Source: a virus
Lineage: Duplodnaviria; Caudoviricetes
Direction: 5' to 3' (one strand)
IMG/VR virus record: IMGVR_UViG_3300030372_004711
Location: 1 to 27,413 of that record
DNA length: 27,413 nt
The position numbers were made by a program, and so were the translations under genes. The notes beneath the pieces were generated by a model, which saw only the letters and a program-made list of their open reading frames with translations, did not search any database and was not told the origin of the DNA. Positions 17,514-25,859 of the stretch are shown one piece after another (the first letter of the stretch is position 1; every line of letters begins with the position of its first letter).

Positions 17514-18229
17514 TACTGTTGCGCTCTTACATATGCGTCTTGTAGCGTAGCAACAACCGGCACACCATGCACAGTGATGTGATCGCACTCGATGGTCTGT
17601 ACAACCGGCATGCCTTTTTGCTTGATGGTTATTTTGATGGGCATTGCCTTTGTTGCGCTCATGGTGATAAACGTTGCCTCATCACCGGCATGTACAAGTG
17701 CAACCGGATCCGAAACACCATAGCCGGATAATGCTTCTTTGATGGGGTCCACAACATGTGCCATGCCGCCCGCATATCGGTTATCTAGCTCACGATCAAG
17801 TTTCAGTTTTTGCGCTCTTGCAATGAGTTTGGATAGCTCATCATTGGATAGTTCTTCGATGTTATCGCCAAAAAGAGACGGTTGATCGTTTTGCGTTTGG
17901 TACGTTGCGTATTGTGGACGGATCGCAACCTCCACATGATGATCCTTATGCCACAAGACAAAACGATTGCGCTTGTGCAGTTTCTTGAGATACGGGTGTT
18001 GCAGCCAATTGTGATACTGCCGATCAGCAAAACCAACCGCACCTTTTTCCGCAAGCGCATATGCCGCGCTGTAATATGCACCGCTTGTACTTTCGTAGTG
18101 TTCGAGGATGTCAATCATGGTGACGATCTTATCATTGTTTTGCTTTAGATACTGCAATATTTTTGCTTCTTTTGCCGGTGATGGGTTTGCGCGCAGTGCT
18201 AATTTTTCTTTGATTTTCTTTGTGAGCAT
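17513..18229 (-). CDS. Hypothetical protein between terS and terL
   Basis: 238 aa, AAGGAG RBS with CAA-rich leader. Confidence 0.8.
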   Translation of the reverse strand: MLTKKIKEKLALRANPSPAKEAKILQYLKQNNDKIVTMIDILEHYESTSGAYYSAAYALAEKGAVGFADRQYHNWLQHPYLKKLHKRNRFVLWHKDHHVEVAIRPQYATYQTQNDQPSLFGDNIEELSNDELSKLIARAQKLKLDRELDNRYAGGMAHVVDPIKEALSGYGVSDPVALVHAGDEATFITMSATKAMPIKITIKQKGMPVVQTIECDHITVHGVPVVATLQDAYVRAQQ

Positions 18230-18249
18230 GTTGTCTCCTTTGGTTGTTG

Positions 18250-18678
18250 TTAGTCCTCATCAAGATCGATGATTGGTTTTTCGATGATGGGTGCAATCTC
18301 TTTTCTGTACTCGCTGATCAGCTGTTGCACGTCAACCGATTCAGCATCAATCGTAATTTGTACGGGTGGCGGGCCGTCTCTCGAATACCCGAATCTTCTT
18401 TCAAGTAGCCATGCAGCGGCTTGCCAATTACCCTCACGTGCTTCTTTGTTTATGACCGCAAGAGATCCAACACACGCCATGCTTTCCGCTCTTTTGAATT
18501 CGTTCAAAAATGTTCGATATATTCCTTTATTTTGCTCCTCACCTTTGCGCATCCAGTAAAACAATGTTGTCCTTGATATGCCCGCAAAGTTTGCCGCGAT
18601 CTCATATGTGGATCCCGCCTGTATCGCTTGCAAGATCTTGCGCTGTACTTCCGCATTGAGTTTGGTACGTCTAGCCAT
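18250..18678 (-). CDS. terS: Terminase small subunit
   Basis: N-terminal HTH (YEIAANFAGISRTTLFYW), WQAAAWLLERR motif; upstream of terL. Confidence 0.8.
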   Translation of the reverse strand: MARRTKLNAEVQRKILQAIQAGSTYEIAANFAGISRTTLFYWMRKGEEQNKGIYRTFLNEFKRAESMACVGSLAVINKEAREGNWQAAAWLLERRFGYSRDGPPPVQITIDAESVDVQQLISEYRKEIAPIIEKPIIDLDED

Positions 18679-19855
18679 CAAGACCATCCCCAACATCATG
18701 ATTGTTTTCTTTGGCGTATTTGTACCATCTTTTGCGTATTACATCGCAGTAAGATCTCTCTATTTCAAAGCCAATGCATTTTTTCTTTATATGGGCGCAA
18801 GCAATTAAAGTTGTTCCACTCCCAAGATAAAAGTCTGCAATTACATTATGTTTTGAAAAATAATCATTGATAATTTGTGCAATCAATCCGACCGGTTTTT
18901 GTGTCGGATGAACTCTTTTACCTTCTAATTTTCTATCCCCCTTTTTTAATGCACCCATCCACATGTATCTATATATTTTCAGAGGACAATCATTAATAGT
19001 CCATGCTAATTCTGCATCGGAAAAATTATCATCCCAATCTTTTTCTTTCTTATCCCAGACAATCCATCCTTTCGTATCCTTTAGCTTTGAGCTATAGTAA
19101 TTTGCACCCCATAATATGCTGTTGGGTATTATTTCCAATAGTTCAGTAGGATCAAAAGGCTGATCGTCTTCATAGATTGGTTTATATTTATTTGCTTTAA
19201 CAATTCCACTACCTCCTATTGATCCATTACCTCCTATTGATCCATTTTTTACTACACTTATACCGTATGGCGGATCATGAATACCTGCCTCTGGATGCAA
19301 TCTTAAAAAAGCAGATTGTCTTAAAGTTTCGTCTCTCCAATCTCCGCAGACCAGAATATGATTCCCAAGTTCGTACACCTCACCCAATTTGCTTATTGGA
19401 TCGTCATCGCAAACCTCAATCACCTCATCTTCTTGGCCATCAAATACAGGCTCAAAAAGATTATCGAGGTCTGATGAATTCCAACCAAGATCCTCCATGT
19501 CTTCCGCACTCAGTGCAAGATCATTGATAATGCGATCTAGCTCATTATTATCCCAATCCGCAATCTCACCAATCTTATTGTCCGCAAGTGCGAGCATTTT
19601 TGCATCAGCGGGATCAAGATCAAGGTATCGCACAGGAACCGCATCAAGTCCCAGTTGTTTTGCCGCTTTAAGGCGCGTGTGGCCAGCAATAACCATCTTG
19701 TCCTCTCTTCTTGCTACGATGGGCGCACCAAAACCAAAACGCTTGATACTGTTGGCAACCTTATCCACTGAATGATCATTCAATCTTGGGTTTTGATCCC
19801 AAGGCACAAGGTTATCGATGCTTTCCCATACGGCCGCAACCTCTTCTTTTTTCAT
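18671..19855 (-). CDS. ParB N-terminal domain fused to N6/N4 DNA methyltransferase (beta class)
   Basis: NPR, SIKRFGFGAPIV, IAGHTRLKAA and LADNK (ParB); DPPY, HPTQKPV and DFYLGSGTT (MTase). Confidence 0.92.
   Translation of the reverse strand: MKKEEVAAVWESIDNLVPWDQNPRLNDHSVDKVANSIKRFGFGAPIVARREDKMVIAGHTRLKAAKQLGLDAVPVRYLDLDPADAKMLALADNKIGEIADWDNNELDRIINDLALSAEDMEDLGWNSSDLDNLFEPVFDGQEDEVIEVCDDDPISKLGEVYELGNHILVCGDWRDETLRQSAFLRLHPEAGIHDPPYGISVVKNGSIGGNGSIGGSGIVKANKYKPIYEDDQPFDPTELLEIIPNSILWGANYYSSKLKDTKGWIVWDKKEKDWDDNFSDAELAWTINDCPLKIYRYMWMGALKKGDRKLEGKRVHPTQKPVGLIAQIINDYFSKHNVIADFYLGSGTTLIACAHIKKKCIGFEIERSYCDVIRKRWYKYAKENNHDVGDGLDG
19211..19246. repeat. Perfect in-frame 18-bp tandem duplication
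   Basis: ACCTCCTATTGATCCATT x2, encoding NGSIGG-NGSIGG after DPPY. Confidence 0.9.
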
Positions 19856-20046
19856 TTGGCACCCCTTCTCAAATACTGATCACATGCAATACGCACAATC
19901 TCACCCGCACTCACACCTTGTGATTTTGCAATCTCGCGAATCATTGCCAGCATATCAGCGGGAAACACAACCGGCAACGCCGGTGATCGTGTGCCTTTGG
20001 TGCGTTTAGCATAGCCGCCCGCACTCAGTATCTTCTCATCTTTCAT
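19852..20046 (-). CDS. Ribbon-helix-helix (CopG-like) DNA-binding protein
   Basis: LPVVFPADMLAMIREIAKSQGVSAGEIVRIACDQYL; start moved to ATG 20046. Confidence 0.75.
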   Translation of the reverse strand: MKDEKILSAGGYAKRTKGTRSPALPVVFPADMLAMIREIAKSQGVSAGEIVRIACDQYLRRGAK

Positions 20047-20497
20047 TTGGTAGCTCCTCAAGGGCTGTCATGCCCGTGCCTGTGTAAAATCTCAATGCTC
20101 TTGCAACCGCTCTTGTCTCACTCATTCGAATATACGCAGCGGCAACCTTTTTGCCACATGTGATTTGGTCTGCATCACCGTATGCTTGATACTCGCCACG
20201 CTCACCAAACACGCGCGCCTTGACAAGGCAAAACCCCGTCTCACGATCATGCTCAATAATCGTTGTCTCAATGCTTTTGAGGCCGTTGCGATGAGCCAAC
20301 CAAAGCAAACCAGCAAAGAGGATATACTCTTTTCCTTGCAAGTTTGCGATGTGCTTATTGGATCTCAGCATATCAAGATCCGTGATGGGCTCACAAGAAT
20401 CGCCTTGTGTTGGGATATGGTCTTCACACACAAAGTACGTACGGCCATTGAGTGCAACCTTGTACTCTGCGACGTTTGAGCATTTGCAGCATTTCAT
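20036..20497 (-). CDS. Putative Rad52/Sak-like single-strand annealing protein with N-terminal Zn finger
   Basis: LQGKEYI, LVKARV, AYGDA and RMSETRAVARALR...GMTALEEL pattern; CxxC...CxxH N-terminus; family assigned from memory. Confidence 0.5.
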   Translation of the reverse strand: MKCCKCSNVAEYKVALNGRTYFVCEDHIPTQGDSCEPITDLDMLRSNKHIANLQGKEYILFAGLLWLAHRNGLKSIETTIIEHDRETGFCLVKARVFGERGEYQAYGDADQITCGKKVAAAYIRMSETRAVARALRFYTGTGMTALEELPNER

Positions 20498-20727
20498 TAC
20501 TCACCTCCTGCAAAGTATGCGGCCATTGCCTCAAGCTCTTGATCACTCATGTCTTGGTTTTGGGCTTGCGCTTGCTCATCAAACTCAATGCCCAAAATAA
20601 TAAAGCCGTTGTCAATCCATTGTGCGATCGCCTTTGCAAGATATACAGGATCATCGGTGTTGATGCTGTCAGTGATTACCTGATCAGTATTTGTGTTTTG
20701 AAATGTTATGTGGATCCAATTTTCCAT
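20497..20727 (-). CDS. Acidic hypothetical protein
   Basis: Start moved to ATG 20727 (MENWIH) with AGAGGA RBS. Confidence 0.75.
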   Translation of the reverse strand: MENWIHITFQNTNTDQVITDSINTDDPVYLAKAIAQWIDNGFIILGIEFDEQAQAQNQDMSDQELEAMAAYFAGGE

Positions 20728-20776
20728 GTCGTCCTCTTTTTGTTTGGGGTTGTTGTTGTGTATACATACTAATAAC

Positions 20777-20792
20777 ATGATTATACTATGAT
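20777..20792. promoter_or_regulatory. Degenerate copy of shared operator
   Basis: ATGATTATACTATGAT in the intergenic region upstream of the 20727 gene. Confidence 0.6.
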
Positions 20793-20795
20793 GTC

Positions 20796-21239
20796 TCACA
20801 AAATGGAGACTTTGCTAATTTTTTTTCTTTGCAGTCCTTTGGAGGATCTGATCATAATCTCCTCATGTGTGGAAGTGTTACCGCTTATGACCTTGACAAA
20901 CCATTTTCCGTTTTGCTTGACCCATCGACCCAAAGGCTGATCCGGCGTTGGTACCTCATATGAGTTTATTGTGATTGTCTCATTGCGGCACTGTGTGCAT
21001 TTATAAACAAAAATGTTTCTTTCCTCGGTTTGATTGTACCAAAACTCAAAATGGCTTCCACCGCATTTGCATTTATGATTTACAATCGCATCAACACCAA
21101 CCCATACGCCGTTTTCCTTCTTTGCCGCAACGTATCTTTGTTGGTGTGTATTTGGTCTCATACCCAAGCGCATATAGCGCGCGTATTCTCTGTTATAGCC
21201 TTTTTCGGTGTAGGTGCTTTGCAAGTAAACTGTCTTCAT
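20796..21239 (-). CDS. Hypothetical protein with Zn-ribbon-like motif
   Basis: 147 aa; CKC...CTQC; own promoter and AAGGA RBS. Confidence 0.75.
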   Translation of the reverse strand: MKTVYLQSTYTEKGYNREYARYMRLGMRPNTHQQRYVAAKKENGVWVGVDAIVNHKCKCGGSHFEFWYNQTEERNIFVYKCTQCRNETITINSYEVPTPDQPLGRWVKQNGKWFVKVISGNTSTHEEIMIRSSKGLQRKKISKVSIL

Positions 21240-21271
21240 TTTTGCTGTCCTTTGTTGTTGGTTACTCTAGT

Positions 21272-21301
21272 ATTATACACATGATTATATTATATTGTCA
21301 A
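21272..21301 (-). promoter_or_regulatory. Sigma70-like promoter with operator in spacer
   Basis: TTGACA-18 nt-TATAAT with TGTG before -10; plus-strand ATGATTATATTATATT at 21281-21296. Confidence 0.85.
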
Positions 21302-21321
21302 AAAAATAATCAAAAATAAAT

Positions 21322-21381
21322 AAAAAAGAGCGGAACACGGGAGAGGACAACATAACAACAACAACCAGATCCCGTGCCCGC
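21322..21381 (-). ncRNA. Terminator-like stem-loop with 27-nt loop antisense to early-gene RBS; candidate regulatory RNA
   Basis: GCGGGCACGGGA-[UCUGGUUGUUGUUGUUAUGUUGUCCUC]-UCCCGUGUUCCGC-UCUUUUUU; structure seen in sequence, RNA function inferred. Confidence 0.5.
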
Positions 21382-21387
21382 AAATTT

Positions 21388-21567
21388 TTACGGGTGCGAA
21401 TAATCCGCAATCATCCGCTTGATATACCTCTCTAATAAGCTATCTGCATCCATTTGGTGACGCTTGGCAATGAGGACAAGTTGATCATACTGCTCCTTAC
21501 TCAAGGTGATCCGTACTCGTGTGTCAGCTGACTTTTTATCTGTTTTGTACTCATACTTTTTTGGCAT
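21388..21567 (-). CDS. Small ribbon-helix-helix-like DNA-binding protein (59 aa)
   Basis: Hand-translated MPKKYEYKTDKKSADTRVRITLSKEQYDQLVLIAKRHQMDADSLLERYIKRMIADYSHP; AAGGA RBS. Confidence 0.7.
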   Translation of the reverse strand: MPKKYEYKTDKKSADTRVRITLSKEQYDQLVLIAKRHQMDADSLLERYIKRMIADYSHP

Positions 21568-21835
21568 CGGTAATCCTTTTTACTAGGTCATTTATATCAT
21601 ATTTTGGTAACGATTCAAAAATATCGTCAAGGCTGTCAGGTTTTGTCTCCCAACGCTTTTTCGTTTCTTCGGATGGCCTGAGGTCTGCAATCAATACTTG
21701 TGCATGCTCTTTGCCTTTGATGGGTACCGCAAATCGAACATGTGCAATCTTGCCTTGTAGCTTTTCGATGTGTGCAAAGACACTCAACCAAGATCCTTGC
21801 ATTTTGAAAATGCATGTGTCTCCAATCTCATACAT
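21551..21835 (-). CDS. Hypothetical protein
   Basis: 94 aa, overlaps both neighbours. Confidence 0.7.
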   Translation of the reverse strand: MYEIGDTCIFKMQGSWLSVFAHIEKLQGKIAHVRFAVPIKGKEHAQVLIADLRPSEETKKRWETKPDSLDDIFESLPKYDINDLVKRITDAKKV

Positions 21836-22898
21836 TGTACTTACTCCCCAAACTTACGTATATGTCAATCAAGGCATCAAAGATCTCAAGGTCATCGTGT
21901 CGCTTGATCTCTTGTTGCATATCAGGTGTGATTCTTCCATCATCAACCATTTCCACAATCTCTTTCTCAATTGCCTGATAATCCATGTTGTGACGCTTGC
22001 ACAATGCACCCCAAAGACCTCTAACACCGCCTTGATGCGCCAATGCCAGTGCTTGCGACCTCTCAACGCTTTTGATGGCTTCTTGACTTTCCTTTTCTGC
22101 GCTTGCATAATCAATCGTAAGCACAGATCTTGTATATCTTGCTTCTTTCGATTTCGATAATTTGCCAGTTGGCTCTCTTCCGATCCATGTTCTGAGGCCC
22201 TGCACCCACCCACGGCCGCGAAAGAGCTTATGCTTTTTTCCATCACGGATAAAAATATCAAGACTTTTACAACCGCGCTCAACAGCAATAATGCTGTATC
22301 CCTCTTTGATTGTCTCGATGTCTGCAATCATGTCGTTGGTGTTCCAACCCAACGACGTTGCATACTGTGACAAAAGAGATTCGATCCACAAGTTCCTTTT
22401 GTCCACCTCAAAAGATTTTGAGATTTCTTGTACATTGCTTTTTCTCTCTTTCTTTTTATCTATTTCTTTTTTATTTTTCTTATCTCTATTTAGGAGGATC
22501 ACTTTTTCCTCATCCATAGGATCACTTTTTCCGGTAGGGAGGTTCACTTTTTCCTCATGTACAGGTTCACTTTTTCCTCTTGGCATTTCAAAGAGGATCA
22601 CTTTTTCCTCATACTCCTCAACCTCAACAGATCCATTCTTGTATGTGTTTGTGGATCTCTTGTCAGCATCAACAATCAAAAGACCGTGATCCCTAAGTTG
22701 CGCAATCGCGTTGCGCACCGTTCTTGGTGTCATGTCAAGATTGTCCGCGATCGTTTGCTGTGATGGCCAGCACTCGATCTTGTCACCGATCATGTAAAAT
22801 TGTAGCTCAAGATATACATATACGGCAGCGCGTGAGATTCCTTTTTGGCGCATCGCCTTGAGTTGCTGCCTGTGCAGCTGTACAAATAGTTTGTCCAT
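21828..22898 (-). CDS. Replication initiator-like protein with N-terminal winged HTH
   Basis: CWPSQQTIADNLDMTPRTVRNAIAQL...STNTY, internal iterons, Lys-rich linker. Confidence 0.8.
   Translation of the reverse strand: MDKLFVQLHRQQLKAMRQKGISRAAVYVYLELQFYMIGDKIECWPSQQTIADNLDMTPRTVRNAIAQLRDHGLLIVDADKRSTNTYKNGSVEVEEYEEKVILFEMPRGKSEPVHEEKVNLPTGKSDPMDEEKVILLNRDKKNKKEIDKKKERKSNVQEISKSFEVDKRNLWIESLLSQYATSLGWNTNDMIADIETIKEGYSIIAVERGCKSLDIFIRDGKKHKLFRGRGWVQGLRTWIGREPTGKLSKSKEARYTRSVLTIDYASAEKESQEAIKSVERSQALALAHQGGVRGLWGALCKRHNMDYQAIEKEIVEMVDDGRITPDMQQEIKRHDDLEIFDALIDIYVSLGSKYNV
22438..22608. repeat. Putative replication origin: five iterons plus AT-rich tract
   Basis: AGG(A/T)TCACTTTTTCC at 22495, 22518, 22540, 22563 and 22594; T-rich tract 22438-22491. 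Confidence 0.8.
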
Positions 22899-22986
22899 TT
22901 TTTATCCTCGTTGTTGGTTGTGTTGTGTTGTATATATACAATAACCGAATACACAAATATTGTACAACATTTTTTATGGATCTTGC

Positions 22987-23577
22987 ATGTATGTAGTACT
23001 GGATACTGAAACAACCGGCCTTCATCCAAATAAAGGCCATGAGATTATTAGCTATGCAGGGATCAAACTTGATCGCAACCTCAACGAGATTGGGCGCTTG
23101 CATATCAGGATCCAAGCCAACATGCAAAATGCGGATCCAAAGGCTTTGCGGATCAATCGATACAAGGCAAAGATGTGGCATGGCGCATGTGAACCACGGC
23201 AGGCGGCAATAAAAATATCTGAGTTTATGAGAGACTGTATACCCGTTGCGCACAATTGGGATTTTGACCGCTCATTTATTCTCAAGCTTTTCTCGGACCA
23301 TGCACCGCATTGCAAAATCTTACGGCGTGGAATCGACACCATTGCACTAGCAAGTGCCGCGCTTATTCCGCTTGGGTATACCTCGATGTCAATGAGTAGT
23401 ATTTGCAAAATCTTTGGATGGCCAAAACAAACGCACGAGGCGCTTGATGACACGTTGATGTGTGCCGCGCTCTTTCGGTTGCTGTATCCTCACAATATAC
23501 AAAACGTTTTAAAGGTGCGTGTTATGATTTATCGTGCTAAGATTGGAATGTATTGCAATCCTCTATCACAAAAATAA
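22987..23577 (+). CDS. DEDDh 3'-5' exonuclease (DnaQ-like)
   Basis: LDTETTG, AHNWDFD and HEALDD motifs; start moved to ATG 22987. Confidence 0.92.
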   Translation: MYVVLDTETTGLHPNKGHEIISYAGIKLDRNLNEIGRLHIRIQANMQNADPKALRINRYKAKMWHGACEPRQAAIKISEFMRDCIPVAHNWDFDRSFILKLFSDHAPHCKILRRGIDTIALASAALIPLGYTSMSMSSICKIFGWPKQTHEALDDTLMCAALFRLLYPHNIQNVLKVRVMIYRAKIGMYCNPLSQK

Positions 23578-23578
23578 T

Positions 23579-23971
23579 ATGGCAACGTACGATCAAATGA
23601 TAAGCACGGCGGGCACGACCGGCATTGGTACCGCATATGATACCGGCAAAGCAGTGGCGTTGCAGTATACAAAATACGGAAAACAGCAAATCAATGTACA
23701 TGCCTCAATGCTTGAGGTACAGCTTACCAATATATCCAGTGCTACAAAGCTATATGCGACACTCTCAAGAGATTCAGCGGGCGATAACATACTGATGACC
23801 GAAACACGAAGTGACATACAAACCGGCATCACAACCAATACAAAAGGGTGCGCGTTGTACAGGATGGACGTAATCATTCGTGACATCCAAGACAAGACAC
23901 TGTATTTGCATGTGCGCACAAACTCCGGATCATGTGATGTTGATTCGGCCTCACTCACATATGCTTGCTAG
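23579..23971 (+). CDS. Hypothetical, probably virion protein
   Basis: Start moved to ATG 23579 (MATYDQ); Thr/Ser-rich beta protein; precedes fibre-like genes. Confidence 0.55.
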   Translation: MATYDQMISTAGTTGIGTAYDTGKAVALQYTKYGKQQINVHASMLEVQLTNISSATKLYATLSRDSAGDNILMTETRSDIQTGITTNTKGCALYRMDVIIRDIQDKTLYLHVRTNSGSCDVDSASLTYAC

Positions 23972-23983
23972 GGTTGTCCGGAT

Positions 23984-24271
23984 ATGCCTATAAAAAACGT
24001 GTTTAATGATGAAGGCGGCACCGGTCTTGAGGTTGGTGCGCAAAATGCCCAAACAACACAGATTGACGACTTTACATCACAAACGAATAATGAAAAAGTG
24101 CGATTTAACACCAGTAAAGACATGACAACAGGATCGCTCAATGTATACCTCAACGGATTGCGGCAACGCTCTTCACAGGTATCGATCATCGATGATCGTA
24201 ATTTTGAGTTCTCACAAGCACCGTCAACAGGTGACATCCTTGAGGCGGTTTACCTCACACCATCGGAGTAA
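23984..24271 (+). CDS. Small fibre-associated beta-domain virion protein
   Basis: LNVYLNGLRQ...FEFSQAPSTGDILEAVY motif, familiar from phage structural proteins. Confidence 0.6.
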   Translation: MPIKNVFNDEGGTGLEVGAQNAQTTQIDDFTSQTNNEKVRFNTSKDMTTGSLNVYLNGLRQRSSQVSIIDDRNFEFSQAPSTGDILEAVYLTPSE

Positions 24272-24276
24272 TCCAC

Positions 24277-25797
24277 ATGTCTGTACAAATTAGAGGCGGT
24301 CAGATTAAGAACGCCAGTATCACCGCGACGCAATTAGCGACCGGTATCATTAACAATTCAAACCTTCTTGGCGCTTCCGTCGTCGCAAGTTCGGCTCTTG
24401 CAAACGATTCGGTAGTCAGTGCCAAGATCGCGGATGGCGCTATTGATAGCAGCGCATATCTCGCAAATAACGTCGTCACAGCCGCAAAACTTGATCTTTC
24501 GGGATCGTTTACCTTTTCGGGATCGATCAGCGTACCCACGCCAACAGCGGATGCACACGCCGCCACAAAAGCGTACGTTGATAGCACTGCACAAGGGGTT
24601 CACTGGAAGGAAAGTGCGATTGCAGCCTCTACAGCCAATGTTGATATATCAAGCGCACCATCGGCAATCGATGGCGTGACCCTTTCCGCAAATGATCGTG
24701 TTGTCCTCAAGGACCAAAGCACAGCATCACAAAACGGAATCTACGTTTGGGCAAGTGCAGGCGCGGCTATGACCCGTTCGGATGATGCCAACACCGCTGC
24801 TGAGTTGGAAGGTGCGGCCGTATTCGTTCGCCAAGGATCAACACACGCAGATCAAGGGTTTATTGTTACAACCGACAATATCAATCTCGGAACAACTGCG
24901 ATCGTAATTACTCAGTTTACCGGACTTTCGAGTATCAGTACAGGCGACGGATTGAGTAAAGCGGGTTCCACTTTATCCGTCGATCTTTCATCCAATGCCG
25001 GTCTTGAATTTTCATCCGGTGAGCTTCAAGTTAAAGCAGGCAACGGCGTTGAATTGCAATCTGGATCTTTGCAGGTCAAACTCAACGGATCCACGCTTGC
25101 GGTCGGTGCTTCCGGTCTATCGGTTGGTACAATCACAGCATCTGAGTTGGGTGCAAACTCCGTTACGGGTGCAGCGATTGCGGATGGTTCTATTGGCGAT
25201 TCTGCGCTCTTTGGGGCGGGTGTTGTGGATGCGGCGGCTCTTGGTTCAAATTCCGTAACATCGGCCAAAATCAATAGCTCAGCCGTGAGCACCGCCAAGA
25301 TTGCAAGTGCGGCCGTTGACGAAAACAAATTGGCCTCATCCGTTGCCGGTGATGGTCTTGCGGGCGGTGCCGGATCTGCTTTGAGTGTCAATGTTGATGA
25401 CGCAACCATTGAGCTCAACAGCGATGCCTTGCGCCTCAAGGATGGCGGGATCTCAAATGCGAAGCTGGCAAGCGCATCAATTGCAACAAGTAACGTCCAA
25501 GACGATGCAATTACGGCCGCCAAGATTGGTGCGGCATTTTTCCAACAAGGATTTCAGATCTCAGGATCATCCACATCAACCATCGATCTTGCGCGTGCTG
25601 TTGACGCTGGGTTCTTGAATGGCATCTTGGTATTCAAAAACGGTCTTGCGATCCGCAACATGACAGCCTTCGGTGATTCAGCAGCCAACAACGATGAGTA
25701 TACCGTCGGGAATAATGGAGCGGGATCGGTGTGCAGGCTCAGTTTTGGTGGAAATTTGGACAACGGCGACGAGATAAGCTGCATTTACCTGACATAA
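24277..25797 (+). CDS. Fibre-like virion structural protein
   Basis: 506 aa, Ala/Ser/Gly-rich; repeated V[TV][AS]AK[IL] units, ATKAYVD, DRVVLKDQ...QNGIYV and GDGL motifs. Confidence 0.75.
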   Translation: MSVQIRGGQIKNASITATQLATGIINNSNLLGASVVASSALANDSVVSAKIADGAIDSSAYLANNVVTAAKLDLSGSFTFSGSISVPTPTADAHAATKAYVDSTAQGVHWKESAIAASTANVDISSAPSAIDGVTLSANDRVVLKDQSTASQNGIYVWASAGAAMTRSDDANTAAELEGAAVFVRQGSTHADQGFIVTTDNINLGTTAIVITQFTGLSSISTGDGLSKAGSTLSVDLSSNAGLEFSSGELQVKAGNGVELQSGSLQVKLNGSTLAVGASGLSVGTITASELGANSVTGAAIADGSIGDSALFGAGVVDAAALGSNSVTSAKINSSAVSTAKIASAAVDENKLASSVAGDGLAGGAGSALSVNVDDATIELNSDALRLKDGGISNAKLASASIATSNVQDDAITAAKIGAAFFQQGFQISGSSTSTIDLARAVDAGFLNGILVFKNGLAIRNMTAFGDSAANNDEYTVGNNGAGSVCRLSFGGNLDNGDEISCIYLT

Positions 25798-25828
25798 TCC
25801 AACGCAAACAAAAATCTCCTCTTTTTGT

Positions 25829-25853
25829 ACCCGCTTCCACAGCGGGTTTTTTT
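25829..25853 (+). terminator. Rho-independent terminator of the fibre cluster
   Basis: ACCCGCT-TCCAC-AGCGGGT followed by T-run. Confidence 0.85.
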
Positions 25854-25859
25854 GTGCAT

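Noticed and set aside
21501-21554. ATGA-coupled ORF MSTKQIKSQ...
   Set aside because: Only 17 codons; the overlapping 21388-21567 frame has an RBS and an RHH-like product
24277-25797. Diversity-generating retroelement target
   Set aside because: No reverse transcriptase and no template/variable repeat pair seen in the window
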